Shown piece after piece: positions 40,146-53,903 of a stretch of DNA of 64,000 bases. The notes below the pieces were generated by a model, which saw only the letters and a list, made by a program, of their open reading frames with translations, ran no database searches and was not told where the DNA came from. The translations under genes and the position numbers were made by a program. This DNA comes from Ptychomitrium polyphyllum (Eukaryota): NCBI GenBank assembly GCA_973851085.1, contig OZ316776.1, forward strand, positions 1,178,001-1,242,000. Direction: 5' to 3'. Position 1 is the first letter of the stretch. Every line of letters starts with the position of its first letter.

Positions 40146-43100
40146 TGTCACGGACATAGGTCACGTCATATAGTTTGTAGAACCTTCTAGAACCTTTTGG
40201 TATATTATCGTAGCTTTTTAGAATACTTTCAATGTTTCCATAGCCGTTTCTTCTTACTACAAAAACTTCCAAAGAAAATTCTAATTCCTTAAAAGCTTCT
40301 TAGGAAGGTTCCACAATCTTGGGAAACTTCTTGGAAAGGTTCTTTAGATTTCTAGAACATTCTTAAGCTTTTGAGGAAGCTTCTTTAGAAGTATCTTAGA
40401 AGATACAAGCGTTAGAGTATAAATAGGCAACAAGATAAGGTATTCTTTAGTCTTGCCAACACAAATTGTGGATTATATTGTGTCTTGCCTTGCTTTAGTC
40501 TTTATATCAATTTTTATTAATTATTAGCTCTTTAAAAGCTAATTCTTGGGAAACACTTCATTTTTGTTTCTTGTTTCTTATGTCGTTAACAATTTGGCAA
40601 AACTACTCTTTATCTTTGTCAGAGTTTAGGTTCTTTGAAGAAGATAGTGGATTATCCATCTTCTTTAGAATTCCATAGCGTCTTAGAGGTTGCGGATTAT
40701 CTTCTTTTAAGTTCACACCATAAGTTGATTTCTTCTTCTAATGGAATTCACTCGCTTCAATACCACCAATAATTTAGAACAACACACTTGGCTAGTTGAA
40801 GAATCTAATGGTAATATTCAAAGTTTTTAATAGGAGGTTATACAATTGCGAGAGGCCAATATTGGAAGAGAAGGCTTACATCAAAATCATGCAGAACTAA
40901 AGATTAGTATGCCAAATAAGTTTAATGGATCAAGATCAGAGTTGAAAGGCTTTGTTCAATAAGTAAGACTCTTCCTTGCTTTGCATCAATCTTGTTATTT
41001 TGATAGTACTTTTCAAATTTATAGCCATTTTTTTTATCAAAGAATGCACTATTGTGGTTTACACCATTAATAGAGAAGTAATTACTATTGTTGAACAATT
41101 TAGATGCTTTCATGGAAGGAGTGACATCTACTTTTAGAGATACCAACTGAGAAAAGGTGGCTAAAACAAGGATCTAAAGTTTACAACAAGGACAACGCTT
41201 GGCTTCTACATATGCTGTAGAGTTTTGACAATTAATTTGCGAAATAGATTGGAATGGTAAGGCCTTGGTCACATGATTTGGATGGGGCTTGAGAAAAAAT
41301 GTGAAGCACTTGCTACTTACAATGCCAAAGGTTGAAAAGTTGGGCAAATACATCATTTAAACAATAGCATGTGACAATAAACTATTTGACAGGCGCCAAG
41401 AAATACACTTGGGATGGCGACTAATATATCAAGGTATGACAATCACTTCTTCAAAAATATTGAAAAATCAACTACAATGACCATAACTTATATAAATTGA
41501 TATTGCTTAATTTAAACGTTTGACTCCGAAAGAAAAAGAAAGGCGTTGAAGAGGAAACCTATGTTTGTATTGTAGTAAGTCTAGACATAAAGTGCATGAT
41601 TGCCAAATCAAGGATTCTACTTTTAAGGCTCAAAGCACAATGCTAGAATTGGAAAATGAGACTGTTTAGCCACAGTAGGAACTATACGATTAGACACCAC
41701 AAAAAAAAACTATCAAATCAAAGTCTCTTATTATTTCCAATCCTTATTTTTTACTTTATATTTTCCATCAAAATTAAATTATTAGATGATGAAATAGTTA
41801 GTGGAGTTCATTTAGACACTAGTGTAATAGCATGCTTTATAGACAAGGATTTTGCAACTAAATACTACATGGTGCTTATGAACAAAAGACATCATATACC
41901 TATTAAAGTTATCAATAGACAATCTCTTGTATCTGGCAATGTTATTGAAGAAATTCAATCCTTAGAAGTTGTCTTAGGAGACCAAGCATCTAAGATTTTA
42001 ATCAAATTGATTATGTAAAAGCACAAGCATTTACTCTTTATGGTATTTTGGATGTCAAAGTGTGGATTTTATATTTTTAACACAAAAAAGGGACAAGTTG
42101 TGCTATATCCAAGACATATAAAATTTTGTGCCTAAGGAAATAAAAAGGTGACTTCCAAATCAAATATAATCAATAAAATAGAAATGAGATAAAATCATAT
42201 ATTAAAATGACTTCTAACATCATCAAAGGATCAAAATCGCATTCATCTTCAACATCATATAATATCAAACAAATCCTATTGTCTTAGATCTTCCTTGGTT
42301 TGAATTACATAATCCAGACATTGATTAGTGTTCATGGAGTGTGGTTTCAAGAAAAAGACATCAGGGTAGAAGAAATTTTGGACCATCATTTATTATAGCA
42401 AAAGCATTTATGAAAGCGGCAAAGGATAAAGTAATCTATGCTACTTATATTATGCCAATGCCCGGTTCTATACCAGAGACCAATTAGGGCATATCTCATC
42501 AAGATTATAATGATGTTTTTAAGAAAAACGTGGACATATTATTAAATCATTGGCCATACAATTGTGCCATCAAGTTATAAGAAAGAATCCAAGCACCTTT
42601 TGAACCATCTATAACATATCACAAACTTAGTTAATTGCTTTGAGAAAACATATTGATGAAAACCTCAAAAAAGGCTTCATCCAACACTCTAAATCACTTG
42701 ATGAAGTACCCATTCTATTTATAAAGAAGAAAAATGGATCATTACGTATATGCATAGACCATTGAGGCCTCAATAAAGTAACAAAAGAAAATTGCTATCC
42801 ATTACCATTAATCTTAAGATTCCTACAACAACTTGGACAAGCAATAATATTCATCAAGATTGATCTTAGGAGAGCATACAATCTTGTACGCATCAAAAAA
42901 GGAGACAAATGGAAGACAACTTTTTGATCCAGGTATGGCCATTTCGAATACAATGTCATGCCTTTTGGCTTCATTAATGCCCTTGCAGTCTTTCAACACA
43001 TGATGAATGATATCTTCCATGAACACTTGAATAATTTTGTAGTTATCTACTTGGATGACATTTTGATATATTCAAAGGATGAATAAGATCACAAATATTA

Positions 43101-46100
43101 TGTACAACTGGTCTTAAAAAAATTGTACCAGTAAGGATTATATACCAAATTAGAGAAGTACCTTTTTCATGAATCCTTGGTTGAATTTTCAAGCTATATC
43201 ATTTCCAAAGGAGGAATCCATATGGATGAGAAGAAAACAAGCACTATCATGGAGTGGAGTATGCCAAGATCAATTTGAAATGTTCAATGCTTTTTAGAAT
43301 TTGCAAACTTCTACAAGATATTCATAAAAGACTATTCCAAGATAACGGCACTATTGACACAACTTACGCGGAAGCAAAAATTCACTTAAAATGAAGAGAC
43401 AAAAAGAGCATTTCAAGGTTTTAAGAAATCATTCACGTCGATTTCATCCAAATCCATCAAAGCCTTTCTATTTGGAAGTAGATGCCTCAAATTTTGCACT
43501 TGGCTTAGTACTCTTACAATATGATGAAGATGGAAGGTTCTATCATATTACTTTTTGATCAAGGAAGTTCTCAGCGGCAGAGATCAACTATGATATATAT
43601 GATAAGGATTTACTTGCAATTGTAGATGCATTTGGATAATGATGACACCTGTTGGAAAGAATTCAATATACCATTATAATATACAAAGACTACAAGAACT
43701 TGGAGTAGTTCATGAGTGCACATGCTCTAAATCACCGTTAAGTAAGGTAGAGTATGTCGCTTTTCAAATTTTCTCATTATTTATTGACTTGGTAGCCTAC
43801 AAGGTGAGCCAGATGCCTTATTTCAAAAATCTTATTTAATTCCTCAACTTAGAGATAATGTTTTGAATCAACAAAGGAGTGTTTTATTAAGCCATAGAAT
43901 TTGTAATTGAAAGCAAAAATTATTACCACAACATCTCATCTTGATGAAATTTGGAAGGCTTTAAAGAATGATATTTTTGTTTTAAATATAAGAAGGCTTC
44001 AAAAACAATAAAGATCCTTCAAATAGAAATGAAGACTTTAAATTCCAAAAGGGCCTACTTTATTATAAAGAACTTTTGTACCTACCTCCAGGTCTTATGC
44101 AATTGAAGATCCTTCAAGCACATCATGATTTTCCATCAGCACAACATTTTGGACTCAATAGAACAATGGAGTTGATTGCCAAAGACTAATGATGGCAACA
44201 AACGTGAAAATATAAGGACTCTATTCAATCATGTGATACTTGCACAATAGCTAAGATACCAAGACACCAATTTCATGGTTTTCTCTATCTACGTCTAGTG
44301 CTAAAGAGTCCATGGTTGTCATTGTCAATGGATTTTATCATGGACCTTCTAAATTCCAATTTTAAAGATTCTATCTTAATAGTGGTGGATGGATTTACAA
44401 AGATGGCGCATTTCATTCCATGCAACATGACCTTAACAAGAGAAGGAACTGCCTAGTTATTTCTAAATCACGTCTGCCGCGTATATGGACTACAAAATGA
44501 TATTATGTCTAATGGATAGTTGCAATTAATTTCCAACTTTTAGAAGGCTCTATTCCAGCTATTGCGCATAAAAATCAATCTTTCTTCAACATACCATCTG
44601 TTGTTAGGGACACAAAAAACTAGAAGCAAAAGCAAAGTGTTTCCAAAGGATTAGCTTCTAAAGAGCTAATGATTAACAAGAACTTGATACAAAGACTAGA
44701 ACAAGGTAGAATACAAGATGATCCACAACCTGTGTTAGCAAGACTATGGAATACCTTGTCTTGCCTCCTATTTATACTATAACGCTTGTATCTCCTAAAA
44801 TACTTCTAAAGAAGCTTCCTAAAAGGTTTAAGAATGTTCTAGTTGCCTATGGAACCTTCCTAAGAAGCTTCCGAGGCATTGGAACCTTCTTTGGATATTT
44901 CCTAAGGTGGTGGAATTTTTTTAAGAAGTTTCCTAAAGAGCTAGAACCTTCCCATAATGTTTCCTGAAGTGATGGAACCTTCCTAGAAAGTTTCTTGACA
45001 TGGTAAAATTTTCCTAGGAATTTTCCTAAGATGATGGAATCTTTCTAGGAAGTTTTCTGAGGTAGTAGAATTTTCTTAGGAAATTTCTTAAAAATGTAGA
45101 AACGGCTATGAAGACATTTGAAAGTATTATAAGAAGTTATTATAATATAGTAGAAGGTTCCAAAAGGTTCTAAAGACTATGTTGCATGATCTATGTTTGT
45201 GACATCCGCAAACTAATGGTTAAATTGAACGTGTAAATTAAATTTTGGAACACTACCTTTGTTGCAGCATAAAGTACCAGTAAGACAATAAGATGAATAT
45301 CTTATCTTTGGCAAAGATTGCTTATAACAATACAATGCATTCTTTAACAATTCAAAGTCCATTCTTTAGAAACTATGGCCATCATCCTTAAGCAAACTCA
45401 TTTCAAGTGAAGCATGTTCAAAACCCTGCAAAAGAGGATTTTACAATCAACTTGCAAAAATCCACCAAAAACTTGTTTTTTAGTTACAAGAAGCTCAAGA
45501 GCGTTACAAACTTATGTAGATTGTCATCGGAAGAACCATCTAAACTTCAAGGTTGGAGATAATGTATGGCTCCTATGACAAAACATACAAACAAAGAGAT
45601 TATCAAAGAAGCTGGACTATCAAAAGCTAGGACCATTTGAAATTAGCAAACAGATAAATCCAGTCAATAATCTTCTCAAACTACCACCAGCCATGCAAAT
45701 TCATCTAATATTCCACATATCTTTGTTGGAAACCTATAATAAGTTATGTATACCAGAGAGAATTGTTCCTTCACCTCCTCCGCTGGAAATCAACAATAAA
45801 ATGGAATATAAAGTTGAAGAAATCTTAAATTCACGCATTAAGAATGGATGTGTGGAGTACTTTATACTTAGGCAAGGATATGGCATCAATGAGCAACTAT
45901 AGAAACCTTCAATGAACACAACAAATGCATTTGAGTAGGCATGCAAATTTCATCAGAGGTATCTTCAAAAATCAGGTCAGGAATGACGTCTTATCAATAG
46001 CCATTAGTTTCACGGAGAAATTTTTTTTGCAGACAAGTATAAAAAAAGAGCAAAGATATCTAAACTTCTAATTATACGAAGCATTATTCCAAAATAGATC

Positions 46101-46815
46101 ATCTCTAATTCTAGCTAATATGTCAAATCTTTGTGTCATATTGGATATGCGTGACGAGCACTGGTCCATGCCTTCTTCAACAGCAGTATCTATTGAACCA
46201 GCTTAACTTTCTCAACCTTCAGTACCAAAGGATTTAAGCCAAGATATGAAAGACATTCCAACGTTGAGTGCAACCTTGTATAGAAGTATTGGCCAGTTGT
46301 CCTTCACATTCCACTTTTGATTTAGATACTTAAACTCTAGTCATCTTATTACAAGTTCAAAAAGTCACTCCAAGAGGACCAGAGATCCTATGTAGAGAAT
46401 GTTTTGAAAGACTTAATCAAGATAAAATCTTGGGCTAGGACATTTTAACAATAGAAGTCTTGGCCGGACGTCATCGATACTTCTTCCAAGAACCAATTAA
46501 ACAAGAGGGCAAAGAACAATGAGTAGAATATATTGCTTCTCTTAATCAACAAATTTTGGAATTTGTAAAGATGTGACAAGCAAACTACAAGAAGAGCTCT
46601 TCATGGAACTTGTCACTAAAGGAAGAAGAAATATCACGGACATAGATCATGCAATATAGTCTTTAGAACCTTCTAGAACCTTCTGATATATTATAGTAGC
46701 TATTTAGAATACTTTCAATGTCTCCATATTCGTTTCTACTTCTTTGGAAAACTTCTTGGGAAGGTTCCACCACCTTAGGAAACTTCCTAGAAAAGTTTTA
46801 TCTCTTTAGAAAACT
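40146..46815 (+). mobile_element. Decayed Ty3/Gypsy chromovirus nested antisense in the 3' UTR of the host element
   Basis: 5' LTR TGTCACGGACATAG...GTTAACA 40146-40591, gag knuckle CLYCSKSRHKVHDC (~41560-41605), protease LDTS..CFID (~41810), [13 protein letters not shown] (~43040-43073), RNase H, integrase and chromodomain YKVEEILNSRIKNGCVEY (~45805-45900). PPT AAAGGAAGAAGAA precedes a 3' LTR from 46632 that is truncated at ~46815. Confidence 0.88.
44602..45204 (-). mobile_element. Solo LTR of the same Gypsy family inserted in the integrase gene
   Basis: TG...CA termini and reverse-complement similarity to 40146-40591. Flanked by a 5-bp TSD TCTGT (44597-44601) / TCCGC (45205-45209) that differs by two C>T changes. 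It splits the integrase YHP-QT motif. Confidence 0.85.
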
Positions 46816-49800
46816 CTTCTTATTCTTGAAGTTGTTCTTTGTCTATTGGCTCAATTGTTCTTTTCAAGAAATACAAGTGACCACTAGTTAGCATTTCTAT
46901 TGTTGAAATGTTTTAGCCCATGATTTAATTTTGATTGAGTCTTTCAAAACATCTTACAAACAAAATCTTTGGTCTTTCAGAAGTGATTCTTCCAACTTCT
47001 AACAAAATGACTAAAGTTTAAACATCTGAATCAAGACTGGAATATGAAAGTCTACTAGCTAATACTTCTATATGTGGTTGCACTCATCATTGGAGTGCCT
47101 CTGTCATATCTTGGCTTAAATATTCAATTGTTGAAAATTGAGAAAGTTGAATTGATTCAACAGGTGCTACCGTTGAAGAAGGCACAACTAACTGCTCTTC
47201 AAGCATATCCATGATAACACAAAGATTTGACATACTAACTAGGATTTCGAGATAATCTATCTTAGAGATTGCACTACATACAATTGAAGGTTAGAAATTA
47301 CTCCTTCTTTCTTATACTTGTTTATAGAAAAATCTTCTTTGTGAAGCTAATGGCTATTGATTTATCATAACACATCATTAATGACTTGATTTCAAGGATA
47401 TCTTTGATGGAATTTGCATACCTTGTCAGTTGCGTTTGTCAAATTCATTGAATGTTCCTATGTTTGGTCATTGGTGCCATATACTTGCCAATGTATAAGG
47501 TATTCCACAAGTCCATTCTTAATGCAAGAATCTAAAATCTCTTCAACTTCATAATTTATTTCATTACTAAATTCCACCAAAAAAATAGAGAGAACATCTT
47601 TTCCTGATATACGTGATTTATTGTATGGTTCCAAAAAAGATACATAAAAAACTAGATGAATTTGCATGGTTGGTCATAATTTGAGGCAATAATTAATCGG
47701 ATTTATATATTTGATGATTTCAAATGGCCCAAGCCTTTGATAGTCCAACTTCTTTGACAATCTTTTTGTTTATGTATTTCATTATAAAGCCATACGCTAT
47801 TTCCAACCTTAAACTTTGAATAGTCCTTTTGATATTGATCTGCAAGTTTTGTATTAATCTTGAACTTGTTATAACTAAGAAGCAAATTTTTGGTGGATTT
47901 TAGCTAATTTAGTTGCAAAATATTATGGTGTAGGACTTTCAATATGCTTCACTTGAAATGGATTTGCTTGAAGATAATAGCCATAATTTGTAAACAATGG
48001 ACTTTGCATTATTGAAGAATGCATTGTATTGTTATAAGCAAACTCTGCCAGATGTAGACGATCCATCTAATTGTCTTGCTAATAGTTTATATTGCAACAA
48101 AGGTACTGCTTCAAAATTCAATTAAGAAGTATAATTTGACCATTGATTTGCAACTAGTGTGCTAAAAAAATATTAATCTTCACATGCAACAATTAGAATA
48201 GAGCCTTCTAAAAGTTGGAAATGAAATGTGGTCCTCGACCAGATACAATATCATTTAGTAATCCATATATACAATTTGGCAATTTCTTCTTCTGTTATTA
48301 TCTTATTAGAGTGTATGAAATATGCCATCTTGGTGAATTGATCCACTACTACTAGAATAGTGTCTTTAAAATCAAAATTGATGAGGTCCGTAATAACATC
48401 CATTAATAATGACAACCATAAATCCTTTGGAATTAAAAAAGGATGGAAGAAACCATGACGTTAGTGCCTTGGCATCTTGGCCTTTATGCAAGTGTCGCAT
48501 AATCAAACAAAGTCTTTCACATATTTTCACATTTGTGGCCATTAATAGTCTTTAGCAATCAATTATAATGTTTTATTGCATTCAAAATGCCCTGCCACTG
48601 AAAAAATATAATTTGCTTGAAAGATCTTCAATTGTAAAAGTTTTAAAAGTAAATACAGAAGTCCTTAATAAAAAAATAGACCCTCTTGGAATTCAAAATC
48701 TTCATCACTATTTAAAGAATCTTTATTGTCTTTTAAGCGCCGCTTCATATTTGAAACAATGACATTATTTTTTAAAGCCTTTCAAATTTTGTTGAAATAA
48801 AATATTGAGATGATGGTAATTGCTTTCAATTGAAAATTCTATGGCTTCAACAAAATAATCCTTTGTTGATATAAAACTTCATGTCCATGTTTAGGAGCCA
48901 AATAAGATCTTCAAAATGGAATATTTGATTTATTTTGTAAATTACTAGGGTCCACATCAATAGGTAATCATAAAGTCAAATCTAAAAAGTGACATACTTC
49001 ATTTTGCTTAACAACAATTCAGAATATCCATATTCACAAAGTACACTAGATTCTTGTGGTTTGTGTATATTGTGATGGAATATTTAGTTTTTTCTAATAA
49101 ATGTTACCATTCCTCAAATACATCAACAATTGCAAATAATTCTTTGTCATATATATATCATAATTGATATCTATCGATGAGAATTTCTTTGAACAAAAGG
49201 CAAGTAAATAGTATCTTTTGTCTTTGTCATATTATATAAATACTAAGCCAAGTGCAAAGTCTGATGCATCCACTTCCAATCAAAAAGGTTTTTAATAGAT
49301 TTTAGTGAATAAAAATTGGAGCAAATATAAATGATTTCTTAAAATCTTAAAATGCTTCTTTTACTTCTTCATTTTAAGTGAATTTTTTCTTTTCTGTAAA
49401 TTGTATCAATAGTGCTGCAATCACAGAATAATCCTTAATGAATATCTTGTAAAAATTTACAAATGCCAAAAAACATTGAATTTCTTAAATTGATCTTGAC
49501 ATATTCCATTTTATGGCAATGCTTATTTTTTTTTCATCCATATGGATTCTTCTTTTAAAGATGATATAGCCTAAAAATTCAATTGATAATTCATAGAAAA
49601 GTACTTTTCCAATTTGGCAAATAATCCTTAGTGGTGTAATTTTTTTAAAACCAATTGCACATAACATTTGTGGTTTTATTTATCCTTTGAATATATCAAA
49701 ATATTATCCAAGTAAATAACTACAAAATTGTCCAAATGCTTATGAAAAATATCATTTATCCTATGTTGGAAGGTTGCAAGGGCATTGATAAGGCCAAAAA

Positions 49801-50790
49801 ACATGACATTGTATTCAAAATGACCATACTTAGAGTAAAAGGTTGTCTTCTATTTGTCTCCTTCTTTGATATGTACAAGGTTGTAGGCTCTTTTAAAGCC
49901 AATCTTAGTGAATATCTTTGCTTGGCTAAGTAGTTGTAGGAATCTTCAAATTAATAGCAATAAATAACAATTTTTCTTGGTCACTTTATTCAGCCCTTGA
50001 TAGTCTATGCACATACACAATGATCCATCTTTCTTCATCACAAATAAGATGGATGCTCTAGTAGATAATTTAGAATGTTGTATGGAGTCATTTTTGAGGT
50101 TTTTATTAATATATTCTTTCAAGATAGTCAATTCAGTTTGTGATAAGTTATAGATAGGTCCAAAAGGTGATTGGACTTTTTTTTATAATTCAATGGTGCA
50201 ATTGGAAGGCCAATGCTTTGGTAATATGTCTACATTTTTTTTTTTCAAAGACATCCTTCTAATCTTAGTATTGATGGAATATACCTTAATTAATCTCTTA
50301 TATACAACCGGACATTGGCATGGTATAAATGGCATAGATTGATTTATTTTTTTGTTGCTTTCATAAACGCTTAGCTTTAATAAACAATGGTAAAAAATTT
50401 CTTGTATTTTCACATCTTTTCTTAGAGACCAAACATCATGAGCACCAATTAATATTCAAATTATATAATTCAAATTAAAGAAGGTCCAAAACAATAAAAG
50501 TTATTTGACATTAAATGATGTTGAAGAGAACTTTAGATACTTGATTTCTTAAAACAACTTCCAAAGGCTAAGTTTCTTTGATAATATTACTAGATGCAAA
50601 AGATTGTCCATCAATAATTTCAATAGGTGCGGGATGTTTTTGTTCACCAGCATGATGTGGTGTTTAATTGCAAAATCCTTGTCCATGAAGCATGGTGTTG
50701 TACCAATGTCCAAAATAATCTTCTTTAAATAAATAATTATTTGACAATTTGATGTTGATAGGAAACATAAAACAAAAAGTAAGGATTGGA

Positions 50791-51936
50791 TGTCGCAACC
50801 CTTGTAATGCACCTTAGCAAGCGTCACGCGTGTCAACCATATACACCCCCAAATGCACATGGTTAACCCCCATTCTCACTCTCCAAGTCTTTCTATCATT
50901 TCTCTTAAAACACCCAATTGATTGGTAGCCAATGGTTAGGTGCGGATTTCCATTCATGTTTAAGGCCTCACTTAGTGTTACTCCCATTCCACACGGCCTA
51001 ACCGCACTTAGTGGTGTCTCCTTACCACCACTCATGATCCCCATGCGATTCTAAGATCACCCCGGGCCAATATAGTGCCAGCGTGAAGACACCACCTCAA
51101 CTTGGTGGTAACAAGCATGCCTTCTTGATCTCACTAATTTCCTTTGTGAAACCGGCCGTCCACCGGCTCACAATGGTGTGGGAGTCCCCGTGGTGAAGCC
51201 CCAACACTAGCTCCACCAACTGGGACTCACCCTTAGTTCCTACCGGAACACTAGGGGAGTAGGGAGGGGGACCCAACCTCCCCTATAGTACTCTCTGTGG
51301 GATTCGGCAGGCCCCCTGGCCCTCTGTAGCTGGCTGAACCCCAACACATCCAAAGTTTTGGAAGACCACCCAATCTCCTTTGGGACTTAGCCACCGGAAG
51401 CCTCCGGAACTTCCTGCGGATCTTCAAGGAGCCATATCTTCCATCTTTAGTGCCCGAATGTATCAAGCAACCACTTTATCGTCATCCACTGTTTGCGTAG
51501 ATGACGATAGACTCCTCAAACGTCCGATTTGAGTTAGTAATCTAGAAGATATGCCTCTTCCAAGGTTAAGGACTCCCGAGGAGTCCTTCCTTGGATTGTC
51601 CCAGTCCAGTACAGTCACTGTGTAGGGCTGCCACAGTCCAGAACAGCCCCTTGGCAACCCCAATTTTGGGATGCCATAATTTTTAGCTCCCTTGTCCAAT
51701 TTGAGCAATCTTTAACATTCTAGAATCAGCTCTTTGTGATTCCTCCAATACCTACAATTTATCTCTTGTGGCCCTCGGTCTACATGGGCAAGGATGTTTT
51801 TCCCCCTCGGAATCCTTTCCTCGCTAGGCCCACTCAGTTCCCCTCACTATCGGCACCACAAGTCCCGGACGTCACTCCGGGGTCCTCCTTGTGCCCTTTA
51901 CTGTTTCAAGCACTCCTTAAGGAGAGGTGCGCGACA
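50791..51936. mobile_element. 1146-bp solo LTR of a second, GC-richer family
   Basis: Terminal inverted repeat TGTCGC...GCGACA and perfect 5-bp TSD TTGGA (50786-50790 / 51937-51941). It interrupts the host between gag and protease. Confidence 0.88.
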
Positions 51937-52779
51937 TTGGAGATAATAAAAGACCTTGATTTGATGGTCATTTCCTTGTAGTGTTCAGTTGTATGGTCTC
52001 TATTATAATTAATCATACATCTTTATTTTTTAATTCCACTATTGTGTTTTGAGCCTTGAAGATAGATCCTTTCATTTAGCAATTGCATATTTTATGTCTA
52101 GACTTGCCACAATATAAACATAAGTTTTTTCTCTGACATTTTTTCTTCTCTTTTGGGATCAAAGGTTTAAATTAGGCAGCATCAATTTGCATAGGTTTTT
52201 GTCCTTGCAGTCAATTTTCTAATACTTTTGAAGAAGTGGTTGCCATACTTTAATATATCAGTTGCCATCTCAAGCGTTGTTCTTGGCACCTCTCAAATAA
52301 TTTATTATTATATGCTAGTACTTAAGCAATGATTTAGTACAACGTATCAATCTTTAATATTATAAATAGCAAATATTTCACATTTTCTCTCAAGCTCCAT
52401 AAGAATCAAATAATTAAGGCCTTATCTTTTCAATCAAGGTTCCAAACTAGTTGACAAAACTTTGCAGCATATATACTAGTCAAGTACTAATCTTATTGTA
52501 GACTTTGGATTTTTGTTTCATCCACACTTTCTTGGTTGGTATCTCAAGATGTAAATGTCAATACTTCCATGAAAGCATTTATGTTGTTCAATAATGGTGA
52601 CTTTTTCTTCATTAATAATACAAACAATGATAGTACATAATTTGATATAAATATGGCTACAAACACCACTTTAGTAATGATGTCAAAATAGCAAGATTGA
52701 TGCAAATTGAAAAAGAACCTTACGTATTGAATAAAATCCCTCAATTTTGATTTTAATCCATCAAAAAGGCCCGCAACAC

Positions 52780-53903
52780 TAAGGGCACAAGGAGGACCTC
52801 AAAGTGACGTACGAGACTTGTGGCGCCAATAGTGAAGTAGCCCGAGTAGGCCTAGCGTGGGAAGGATCATGAGGGGAGAAACGTCCTTGCCTATGTAGAC
52901 CGAGGGCTACAAGGGAGAAATTGTAAGCATTGGAAGACTCATGACGAGTTGATTCTAGAATGCTAAAGTTTGCTCAAATTGAACAAGGGAGCTAAAAGAT
53001 ATGGCATCCCAAAGTTGGGGCTGCCAAGAGGCTGTTCTGGACTGTGGCAGCCCTAGACAGTGACTGTACTAGACTGGGACAATGTAGGAAGGGACTCCCC
53101 AGGAGTTCCAAACCTTGGAAGAGGCACATCTCCCGGAGTATTAAATCAAACCAAACATTTGAGGAGCCTATCAGCATCTACGCAAAGAGTAGATGACGAT
53201 AGAGTGGTTGCTTAATAAATTCGGACACCAAATGTGGAAGATATGGCTCGTTGAAGGTCCGTAGGAAGTTCCGGAGGCTTCCAGCGGGTAAGTCCCAAGG
53301 GAGATTGGGTGGTTTTTCAAAGTTTTTTGTGTGTCGGGGTTCAGCCAGTTATAGAGGGCTAGGGGATCTGCCGAATCCTACAGAGAGTATTATATGGGAA
53401 GGCTGGTCCCCCTCTCTACTCCCCTAGTGTCCCAATAGGAACCAAGGGTGAGTCTCGGTTGGTGGAGCTAATATTGGGGCTTCACCACGGGGACTCCCAC
53501 ACCATTTTGAGTTGATAGGTGACCGGTTTCATAAAAGGAACTAGTGAGATCAAATGGGTACACTTATTATTAGTAAATTGGGGTGGTGTCTTCATGTTGG
53601 CATTATGGACCCAGAGTGATCTTAGGATCACATGGAAATAATGTGTGGTCATGAGAAGACACCACTAAGTGCGGTTAGGCCATGTGGAATGGAAGTAACA
53701 CCAAGTGAGGCCTTGAATATGAGTAGAAGTCCGCACCTAACATTAACTACCAATCAATTGGGTGTCCTAAGAGAAATGGCAAAGGGAATTGGAAACCAAG
53801 CCTAGGACTTGGAGAGTGAAAATAGAGGTTAATCATGTGCATGTGAGGGTGTACAGGGTTGACGGGCGTGACATTGTTAAGGTGCATTACAAGGGTTGCG
53901 AGA
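52780..53903. mobile_element. Second, inverted and slightly truncated copy of the 1146-bp LTR
   Basis: Reverse-complement similar to 50791-~51900 along its length (e.g. GGTGCATTACAAGGGTTGCGAGA vs TGTCGCAACCCTTGTAATGCACC). It lacks the other terminus, and the adjacent host 5' UTR and part of the host 5' LTR are missing. Confidence 0.82.
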
